Part shown: piece by piece, positions 17,825 to 24,961 of the stretch | How the letters are laid out: each line of letters begins with the position of its first letter | Position numbering within the stretch: the stretch's first letter is position 1 | NCBI RefSeq assembly: GCF_000025945.1 | Contig: NC_006138.1 | Location: 1,530,001 to 1,562,000, forward strand | Origin: Desulfotalea psychrophila LSv54 | Lineage (GTDB): Bacteria > Desulfobacterota > Desulfobulbia > Desulfobulbales > Desulfocapsaceae | DNA: 32,000 bases | Reading direction: 5' to 3' | Made by a program: the position numbers and the translations under genes | Notes under the pieces: generated by a model | Told to the model about the DNA's origin: nothing | What the model saw: the letters and a program-made list of their open reading frames with translations, nothing else | The model's database searches: none

Positions 17825-17830
17825 ACGATG

Positions 17831-19363
17831 CTATTTAAATTCTTCTCTGAACTGTTTGAATGTACTGATTATACATAAGAACAGAACAAACATAAGGGGC
17901 AGAGCAAAAATCAGGCTTATACTTTGTAGTAAATCAATGCCGTTTTTTACCCCTAACATAAGAGTCAATGCCATAGCAGCTTGGGCAATTGTCCAAATTA
18001 TTTTCATTCTATTGCTAGGGTTTGGGTCACCATCAGAACTCATACTACTCAGTGTATATGTTGAGCTGTTAATTGAAGTGATAAAACAGGTAAAAAGAGC
18101 CAGTACAACTCCAACGGAAATTACTTTACCGAAAGGTAAGCTTTCGAGAACGATAAAGGTTGCTGCTTTAGAAGAAGCAGCTGCAGCTTTTATCACCTCA
18201 GGCGACGATTCGAGGCCGATGGTTCCAAAGAATGCTACCCAGATGAAAATTCCAAGACATGGCAAGATCATAGAACCAAGGATGAATTCGCGAACAGTTC
18301 TACCCTTTGAAACCCGAGCGATGAATGGTCCAACAAAAGGAGCCCAGGCGATAGCCCATGCATAGTAGTAAATAGGCCATCCTGTTATCCATGAAGTCTC
18401 TTTATCAGCGGCAAATGTTGGCAGCATCAAGGCATCTGAAAAGAAGCTGTTCATGTAGTTGCCAATTGTATCGAAGTAGACGTTAAACATTTTGGTGGTA
18501 GGACCGACTAATCCCACCAATATGAGTATGCCAACGAGCAGATACACATTGTAGTCAGAGAGTACTTTGATACCTTTCTCTAGTCCTGCTGTTGTACAAA
18601 ATATTGTAATTATTGCTATTGTTGCGACTACTACAATTTTCACCAGATCGGAATCTGGTGTGCCGAAAAGGTATTTAAAACTAACACTTAACGAGAGACC
18701 TGTTTGGCCGAGTGATGTTGAAATCCCTGCGATTGCACCGAAGATACAGATAAGGTTGATAGCTTTACCTAAGGGGCCATTTGCCTTATCACGTCCCCAG
18801 GGAATCAAGATGTTACTGATGAGATTGGTTTCACCCTTACGGTACATCATATAGCCGAGGATCAGTCCTACTACAGAAAAAGCAGCCCAGGCTTGTATGC
18901 CTTGGTGGATAAAGCTTTGCTTCATTGCAAATTCAGCAGCTTCTGGTGAAAGTGGTGCGAGCCCTGTTGTCGCTAAGGGGTGTATATAGTGATATACTGG
19001 CTCAGCAACACCCCAATAGAGCATTACTGTTCCCATTCCCGCTGAAAAAAGCATACCCATCCAGGAAAATGTCGAAAAATCAGGGGTGGCATCATCTGGC
19101 CCAAGCTTAATATTTCCGTATTTGCTAAATGCGAAGAAAAACATCACCATCACATAAATAAATGAGCCTGCCATATATACCCAACCAAATCTATCAGTTA
19201 GGTATTTCATTGTTGTTATTCCTGCTTTGTAAAGCAAATCGGGGAAGAGCGCTCCACAAAGAACAACAAGAACAATGAAAGACATTGTGCTAGCGAAAAG
19301 CAATTTGCCCTGCTTGAGTTCGGGGCCTGCATGAGCTTTTTGTTGTATATCTTTAGACATCAA
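17831..19363 (-). CDS. BCCT-family transporter (betaine/carnitine/choline type), copy 1
   Basis: 510-aa polytopic ORF with BCCT hallmarks (FSWMGMLFSAGMGTVMLYWGVAEPVYHY; WPIYYYAWAIAWAPFVGPFIARVSKGRTVREF). The track start is a TTG at 19363. An ATG lies one codon later (19360), with a GAGAGG SD upstream. Confidence 0.9.
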   Translation of the reverse strand: MMSKDIQQKAHAGPELKQGKLLFASTMSFIVLVVLCGALFPDLLYKAGITTMKYLTDRFGWVYMAGSFIYVMVMFFFAFSKYGNIKLGPDDATPDFSTFSWMGMLFSAGMGTVMLYWGVAEPVYHYIHPLATTGLAPLSPEAAEFAMKQSFIHQGIQAWAAFSVVGLILGYMMYRKGETNLISNILIPWGRDKANGPLGKAINLICIFGAIAGISTSLGQTGLSLSVSFKYLFGTPDSDLVKIVVVATIAIITIFCTTAGLEKGIKVLSDYNVYLLVGILILVGLVGPTTKMFNVYFDTIGNYMNSFFSDALMLPTFAADKETSWITGWPIYYYAWAIAWAPFVGPFIARVSKGRTVREFILGSMILPCLGIFIWVAFFGTIGLESSPEVIKAAAASSKAATFIVLESLPFGKVISVGVVLALFTCFITSINSSTYTLSSMSSDGDPNPSNRMKIIWTIAQAAMALTLMLGVKNGIDLLQSISLIFALPLMFVLFLCIISTFKQFREEFK

Positions 19364-19374
19364 TCAATTCCTCT

Positions 19375-20541
19375 CTATGTGATAATGGTAATCTGCTCGC
19401 TGGCACGACGGGTAAGCCATTCTGCTCCATCTTCGGTGATAACAATGTCTTCTTCGTGGACCATATCTTTACCTTTGGCATAGGTCATTCCCGGCTCCAG
19501 GGTAATAACCATTCCGGGTACGAGTGGGGTGTTGTCAGTGGCGGTGTTAGAGGGCCACTCTGTTAGCTGCGAACCAAGTCCATGTCCGAGGCGTCCAACT
19601 TCGTTGCCAAGAGCACCACCTGCCTCCATTACTGCCCACATTGCATTGTAGATATCTGTGGTTGTGGCTCCTGGGTGTGCTGCTGCAAATCCTGCGCTGG
19701 TTGCCTCGTAAACGCATTCGTAGGCTTTTTTGGTTTCAACGCTGCATTCACCAAAGGCGAAGTTGCGATCAAAATCAGAAAAATAACCGTCATAAACGCA
19801 ACCAACATCGATGATAAGCACATCTCCTCTCTCAATATTGCGGGAGGTAGGTCCCATAATGATGCTGTCATAGCCGTCTGGACCGGAACCAGAGATGAGG
19901 TATTTGACAAATTCGGCCCCATCTTCCAACATATCGATACGCATTTGCCGGCAGATATCTCTTTCTGTTTGACCAACACGGGCATGTAGGGGAATACGAT
20001 CAAAGGCATTGTTGGTAATTACGCACGCCTTTCGAATTTTGGCGATTTCGGCAGGAGATTTAACTGAACGCAATCGATGCATTTCAAGGGCAATGTCAAC
20101 GAACTCTTTTCCCTGTAGGCGGGTAGAGAGATTGAGATAGTCGGTGGTTGGCATACGTAAATATGATTGAAGACCGAGTGTTGCACCAACTCTACCGTAT
20201 TTGGTAGGAAGGGCGTTGAGAACTCCAGCGACCAGGGAGATACCGTCGTCTTCCGGGGCAGGGGATGACCAGGTTCTAATGTCATCAATCCATGTAGCCG
20301 CCATACCGCTTGCCCCAATACCCGGGATAACAGCAATAGGCTTGCCCTCTGTGGGAATTATGAGAAACCATGGGCGGGTAGGGCTTTCCCAAAATTGTGT
20401 GTAGTAACCTGTATAATATCGAATGTTTGGTTCGGTGGTGAGGAAAACTGCATCGAGTTTTTTCTCGCGCATAACTGCCTGCATCTTAGCTGTTCGTGCT
20501 TCAAATTCTGCATCGTCAAAACCGAATTCTCTTATGGTCAT
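19375..20541 (-). CDS. M24-family metallohydrolase (creatinase/prolidase fold, metal ligands intact)
   Basis: The N-terminal part is consistent with a Creatinase_N-type domain, followed by the pita-bread domain. Candidate metal ligands are present: IIDVGCVYDGYFSDFDRNF, GHGLG, ITLEPG, VHEEDIV. I place the start at ATG 20541 (MTIREF...) with SD AGAGAGG 7 nt upstream, rather than at the track start 20589, which overlaps dpaL. Confidence 0.8.
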   Translation of the reverse strand: MTIREFGFDDAEFEARTAKMQAVMREKKLDAVFLTTEPNIRYYTGYYTQFWESPTRPWFLIIPTEGKPIAVIPGIGASGMAATWIDDIRTWSSPAPEDDGISLVAGVLNALPTKYGRVGATLGLQSYLRMPTTDYLNLSTRLQGKEFVDIALEMHRLRSVKSPAEIAKIRKACVITNNAFDRIPLHARVGQTERDICRQMRIDMLEDGAEFVKYLISGSGPDGYDSIIMGPTSRNIERGDVLIIDVGCVYDGYFSDFDRNFAFGECSVETKKAYECVYEATSAGFAAAHPGATTTDIYNAMWAVMEAGGALGNEVGRLGHGLGSQLTEWPSNTATDNTPLVPGMVITLEPGMTYAKGKDMVHEEDIVITEDGAEWLTRRASEQITIIT

Positions 20542-20564
20542 AGTAAAGCCTCTCTTTGCTGTTG

Positions 20565-21776
20565 TTATAGGTTGTCGCGTCCGTGCCATAAAACATCCCT
20601 GTACAATTCAGGGGAGGTATCACCTTCGGTGCTGATGCAGAGCACCTGTGCATTCAGGTCGAGGCCAAGCTTTTCCCGGGCCTCTTTTCCCTCTTCGCTG
20701 GTCATTACCCAGTGAAGAAAGCCTGTTGTTGCGGCTCCTGATTCTCCGGAGGTCACCTGTGGATCTCCTTTTATTGGAGCTCCCAAAACTCTCATTCCCG
20801 TTGCGGCAATATCGTCGGAGCAAGACGCATAGGCGACGGGATAATCTCGAAGCATTTCCCAGCTGGTTTTGTTGGGTTCACCGCAGGCGAGTCCGGCCAT
20901 AAGGGTGAGGAGGTCACCTTCAACAGTGTGAGGTTTTCCGTCGTTTGCGCAGGCAGAAACATAAAAACAGTTCGCGGCATCGGGCTCTACGATGATGAAT
21001 TTAGGGCAATCTTTGCCGAAGGCAGACATGAAAAAACCGATCATCGCTCCTGCAAAACAGCCAACTCCAGCCTGGAGTAAAACATGGGTGGGACGTTCAA
21101 TACCCTGTGCCTGCATCTGTTCTAATGCCTCAAGGGCAAGGGTTGTGTATCCCTGCATAATTGTATTCGGAATGTCCTCGTATCCATCCCAAGCTGTATC
21201 TTGTACTGTGATCCATCCCTCCTGTTGTGCTTTGTCCCAGGCCATGCGAACACAGTCGTCGTAATTGAGTTCTGTTATGGTGCAGTCGGAGCCAAGGGCT
21301 TGGATATTGTCGCGACGGATGGGAGCAGAACCCTTTGGCATGTAGATAATGGCTTTTTTATTAAACTCTTTAGCCGCCCATGCCAGGCCTCGTCCATGAT
21401 TCCCATCTGTTGTAGATGCGAAGGTGATATCGCCAATTTTGTCCGAGGTCTCTTTAGAACTCAGGTCAGAACAGCTTACTTCGGAGATATCTTTGCCAAG
21501 CATTTCAGCGAGTATTTTTCCTACGGCGTAGGAACCGCCAAGTACCTTGAAGGCGTTGAGACCAAAGCGATAGGATTCATCTTTTATCAGGATTGATCCA
21601 AGCCCAAGGTGTTCAGCAAGTTGGTCAAGTTTAGCCAAGGGTGTTGGCTGGTAGGATGGAAAGGTTTGGTGGAAGTCTCTAACTTTCTCAGCTACTTCTT
21701 TACTGAGAAGGGAGACCTCTGTCCCTTTTAATGGAGCTATTGGATTTTCATTAAATTTAATTCTAACACTAGACAA
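20565..21776 (-). CDS. dpaL: Diaminopropionate ammonia-lyase (YgeX/DpaL type, PLP-dependent)
   Basis: 403-aa ORF collinear with E. coli YgeX as I recall it: YQPTPL, IKDESYRFGLNAFKVLGGSYA, TTDGNHGRGLAWAA, IYMPKGSA, LLQAGVG, MAGLACGEPN, ISTEGDT. It uses a TTG start, with GAGGGAG 7 nt upstream. Confidence 0.85.
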   Translation of the reverse strand: MSSVRIKFNENPIAPLKGTEVSLLSKEVAEKVRDFHQTFPSYQPTPLAKLDQLAEHLGLGSILIKDESYRFGLNAFKVLGGSYAVGKILAEMLGKDISEVSCSDLSSKETSDKIGDITFASTTDGNHGRGLAWAAKEFNKKAIIYMPKGSAPIRRDNIQALGSDCTITELNYDDCVRMAWDKAQQEGWITVQDTAWDGYEDIPNTIMQGYTTLALEALEQMQAQGIERPTHVLLQAGVGCFAGAMIGFFMSAFGKDCPKFIIVEPDAANCFYVSACANDGKPHTVEGDLLTLMAGLACGEPNKTSWEMLRDYPVAYASCSDDIAATGMRVLGAPIKGDPQVTSGESGAATTGFLHWVMTSEEGKEAREKLGLDLNAQVLCISTEGDTSPELYRDVLWHGRDNL

Positions 21777-21817
21777 AATTATATCTCCCTCTTTGAATTA
21801 TTGGTTGTCTTTGTATT

Positions 21818-21834
21818 AGCATAATGCGTGCCAA
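21818..21834 (-). promoter_or_regulatory. Sigma-54 (-24/-12) promoter for the dpaL operon
   Basis: The minus strand reads TTGGCACGCATTATGCT, against the consensus TGGCACG-N4-TTGCW. GG and GC are both present at the correct spacing, with one mismatch (ATGC for TTGC). It lies about 40 nt upstream of the dpaL start and immediately downstream of a sigma-54 activator gene. Confidence 0.65.
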
Positions 21835-21918
21835 AATCGACAATACTGACAATAGTTCGAAAAAACAGGATCTTAGCCTTTTGCCTGAGGGGGAGGTATG
21901 TTTTTATTCACTTCTCGT

Positions 21919-21947
21919 AATGAGAAAAATTCTAGAAATGAGAAAAA
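21919..21947. repeat. Two copies of the direct repeat AATGAGAAAAA (18-bp phase) between the EBP stop and the sigma-54 promoter; candidate UAS or bend
   Basis: Read directly: copies at 21919-21929 and 21937-21947, about 85-130 bp upstream of the -24 element. A second pair, GACAATA at 21839-21845 and 21848-21854, abuts the -24 element. The function is inferred only. Confidence 0.3.
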
Positions 21948-21949
21948 GA

Positions 21950-23698
21950 TTAATAGGTACTTGTTTTGCGGTATAGCGTTGCGAGGCTGATGCCAAGACT
22001 TTTAGCGGCCTGTCTTTTTCCTTCGGTGGAGTCACCGTACAGGGCAATAGCTCTTGTAATTGCTTGGAACTCTAACTCTTTGAGAGGTATTACCGGGGGG
22101 TGGTTATTTGGGCTGAGGGGTATGGTGGTGCCTAGGTTTTCGGGGTTTACTAAAAAGCCTGAATAGATGGAGGTTTCATCTATTTTTCCCTTCTTGTCTG
22201 CAATGTTAACAAGGTATTCTATGGCATTTTCAAGCTCTCTGATGTTGCCGGGCCAGAGGTATTTTTCCATACGTTGCCTAATGTTTTTAGAGAGAAAAAT
22301 CTGGTCTTTGTTAAATAAATCACAGTATTTATTTGTAAAATGTTTGATGAGTAAGGTGAGATCTTCCATTCGATTTCGAAGTGGAGGTGTTTCAATGGGA
22401 ATAACATTGAGGCGATAATAAAGGTCGTTTCTGAACTTATTTTGCAGCATCATCTCGTGGAGATTATCATTACATGCGGCGATTATACGAATGTCCACCG
22501 AGATAGGGTTTGCAGCCCCGAGTCGGGTGATGGTTCTTTCCTGCAGAACCCTGAGCAATTTTACTTGCAAATAAAGGGGCATAGAAGATATCTCATCGAG
22601 GAAAATTACGCCACCTGCCGCAAGCTCAAACTTGCCAATTTGACCTTGTTTGGATGCCCCTGTGAAGGCTCCACCAACATAACCAAAGAGCTCACTTTCA
22701 AGTAAGGTATCAGGGATGGCTCCGCAGTTAATGGCAACAAAAGGCTCCTTGTTTCTATTGCCAGAAAAATGAATAGCTCGGGCAACCAGCTCTTTTCCTG
22801 TGCCACTTTCGCCAGAGATAAGAACCGATGAGTTGGTGTCTGAGGTTGCCTGTATTTGGCTTTTTAATGTTCTAATAAGAGGAGAGTTTCCGATAATATG
22901 CTGTAGTGATGCATCTTCCGGGGAACTTGGTCCTGAGGATAAAGATATAACAGATTGGATGGTATCAAAGATAAAAACAGAGGAGAATCTGCTTGTCTTG
23001 GAATCGAGCTTAACCCTTTTTCCTGCCAGTAGCTGTTGCCTATCTCCTTGTCTTATGATGAATTCGTCAAGGTCGGAGAATGTCACGCCTGTGGCTGTCA
23101 GGGAGAAATTCTCAAAATTAGAATTAAGGGTTTTGTGCAAAATTTCTTGGGCTCTGGCGTTTTTGAAAACAACTTTTCCGTTTGTGTCACAAATCATGGT
23201 GCCACGGTTGTTTATCTCTATGACCTCTGACATTGCATCAAAAAGATCGTTAAGATTTTTTTGAGCATGTTTTTCAAGTACATGGGCTGCGATACTGCTA
23301 GTGAGTAATTGGAGGAAATTTACATAAACATCTCTTTGCGGAATAAGTTTTTTTCGAATCTCTTCAGAGAAGCAGATGAGTTCCATTGCCCCATAGGTGT
23401 TTTTTCCGTCGGAAATGGGGGCACAGATAGAGAGGAGCTCATGGCATTGTTCTTTGGTTTGGCAACCCTTGCATATGCTATTTTTCCTGGGGTTTTCAAT
23501 AAAAAGAGGTTTGGTACTTTTCAGTGTGGCTTTGAGAAGATTACCTGCTTTTTTTATGCTTTTCCCAATGTTTTTTGAGTAATCCCCAGTGCCTGCAATT
23601 CTGATGAGGTTGGTATCAACAACTTCAACTTCAAAACCAGTTACCTTGGATATTGTATCAGCGTAATATTGAATTTGTTTTTGCAGACTGAGTAACAC
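21950..23698 (-). CDS. Sigma-54-dependent transcriptional activator (YgeV-like: N-terminal sensory domain with Cys cluster, PAS-like region, AAA+ domain, Fis-type HTH)
   Basis: AAA+ motifs GESGTGKELVARAIH and GAFTGA, ESELFGY, and a C-terminal HTH (AAKSLGISLATLYRK). The N-terminus (FEVEVVDTNLIRIAGTGDY ... CKGCQTKEQC) resembles E. coli YgeV as I recall it. I prefer the GTG start at 23698 (AGGAG 5 nt upstream). The maximal ORF begins at a TTG at 23752, which has no SD. Confidence 0.88.
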   Translation of the reverse strand: MLLSLQKQIQYYADTISKVTGFEVEVVDTNLIRIAGTGDYSKNIGKSIKKAGNLLKATLKSTKPLFIENPRKNSICKGCQTKEQCHELLSICAPISDGKNTYGAMELICFSEEIRKKLIPQRDVYVNFLQLLTSSIAAHVLEKHAQKNLNDLFDAMSEVIEINNRGTMICDTNGKVVFKNARAQEILHKTLNSNFENFSLTATGVTFSDLDEFIIRQGDRQQLLAGKRVKLDSKTSRFSSVFIFDTIQSVISLSSGPSSPEDASLQHIIGNSPLIRTLKSQIQATSDTNSSVLISGESGTGKELVARAIHFSGNRNKEPFVAINCGAIPDTLLESELFGYVGGAFTGASKQGQIGKFELAAGGVIFLDEISSMPLYLQVKLLRVLQERTITRLGAANPISVDIRIIAACNDNLHEMMLQNKFRNDLYYRLNVIPIETPPLRNRMEDLTLLIKHFTNKYCDLFNKDQIFLSKNIRQRMEKYLWPGNIRELENAIEYLVNIADKKGKIDETSIYSGFLVNPENLGTTIPLSPNNHPPVIPLKELEFQAITRAIALYGDSTEGKRQAAKSLGISLATLYRKTSTY

Positions 23699-24078
23699 GA
23701 TTGCTCCTAATGATGGGGGTGCTTGGTTTACTATTTGCTTCCATAGGGGCAAGAGGATTGGGTGTATGAAAATTTACCAAATAGTTCGGCGAGGTTGTTA
23801 TGAACAAGATAAACAGATTGGCTACATATTTTTATAAATAAAATTAAGGCCAGAGAAGTCTCCCCATATGGACATAGTAATATAACCGATTGTACGTGCT
23901 TTTTGCTATCTTTTACTGTCGGAGCGGATTTGTTAGCTTGGAAATGTCCACAACACGGTATTGTCATCTGCTTTTGGGCATAGTGTTTTTATTGATGAAA
24001 TATCGTGAGCTAAAAAATGTTGGTAGGAGATAATGAAAAATAGAGGTGTTGTCTTTTTGTTGCCAGGAGTGTGCAGCA

Positions 24079-24113
24079 GGGATCCTGTTCAGCTCAGCTC
24101 AGCTCAGGATCCC
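24079..24113 (-). terminator. 9-bp stem hairpin whose loop carries an (AGCTC)x3 pentanucleotide repeat, 7 nt after the stop of the small secreted-protein gene
   Basis: GGGATCCTG-ttcagctcagctcagct-CAGGATCCC, read directly. There is no U-tract, so it may be a 3' stabiliser rather than an efficient terminator. Confidence 0.35.
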
Positions 24114-24120
24114 CGTAGAA

Positions 24121-24558
24121 CTATTTTTTAATCTTTACTATGGTACCCTCCAGAGCAACACCGGCCATCAGGGCTCCGGCTCCACATTGAAATGAGCTAT
24201 TGCTTGAGTGGAGCTTGCTCTTGTAGTTGGATTTAATATTTATAACGGCATTGCCGCCTTGGCTGACAGCACTTTCTTCAAGAGCAATCATAGCCGAGAG
24301 AAATACCCACTGACATGCCTCCTTATCTGATTTATTAAAGGAGTTGGTTTTTTTGTTGGTGTTCACTGTACCGTAATTTTTTATTACCTTGCCGTGTTTA
24401 CTCTTGCCAAAGTAAAAACTTACATCGCCACTGAGTTTTGTTTGTGCCGCCTTCTGAGCGAGGGCCTCTTTTACGGAGTAGTTGCCCAGGCTGTCTCTTG
24501 CCACTGCCGAAGAGATCATTAACATGCTCAGTAGAATTGCCAGTACGATTGTCTTCAT
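24121..24558 (-). CDS. Small secreted conserved hypothetical protein
   Basis: 145-aa ORF with a signal peptide (MKTIVLAILLSMLMISSAVA). The mature part (...FYFGKSKHGKV...NKKTNSFNKSDKEACQWVFLSAMIALEESAVSQGGNAVINIKSNYK...QCGAGALMAGVALEGTIVKI) resembles a gammaproteobacterial family that I recall being mis-annotated as 'excinuclease ATPase subunit'. The function is unknown. Confidence 0.6.
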   Translation of the reverse strand: MKTIVLAILLSMLMISSAVARDSLGNYSVKEALAQKAAQTKLSGDVSFYFGKSKHGKVIKNYGTVNTNKKTNSFNKSDKEACQWVFLSAMIALEESAVSQGGNAVINIKSNYKSKLHSSNSSFQCGAGALMAGVALEGTIVKIKK

Positions 24559-24961
24559 TTTTTCTCCCTATGAAATGTTCTAATATGGTTCCAGAATTGC
24601 GGAGCAATCTGTCACTGATTGTAGTCATCCTTTGTAGCAATCTTATATTGTCTTTGCTACTAATCTTTTTAAGAGAGGCATTCTTAAAAATAGGGCAGGT
24701 TTTCCTTGGAAGTCAAGCATGATAAGTCTATACAGATGAGTTGCCTGTTGCCAGCCTGAGGAGAATACGGGGCAGGCCGTTAACGGCTCTCTTCTGGAGA
24801 GAGTTTTTGGAAAATGGAGAGGTTTTTACTGACAGGGAGGAGGGGGCAGGATCTTTGCCCATTATTTGCTATGATAAATCGATGTATGCCCTGGAAAACC
24901 GACCTCTTGGTGAGGCCGGTTCTCCAGTACTTATTGGTCTACATCCGCTAATGAGATGTAG

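Noticed and set aside
19375-20589. Calling the M24 protein a creatinase (it has a Creatinase_N-like N-terminus and sits next to guanidino-type genes)
   Set aside because: The five metal-ligand positions typical of metallo-M24 enzymes appear intact (D, D, H, E, E motifs), whereas creatinase is metal-independent. It is safer to call it an M24 metallohydrolase of unknown substrate.
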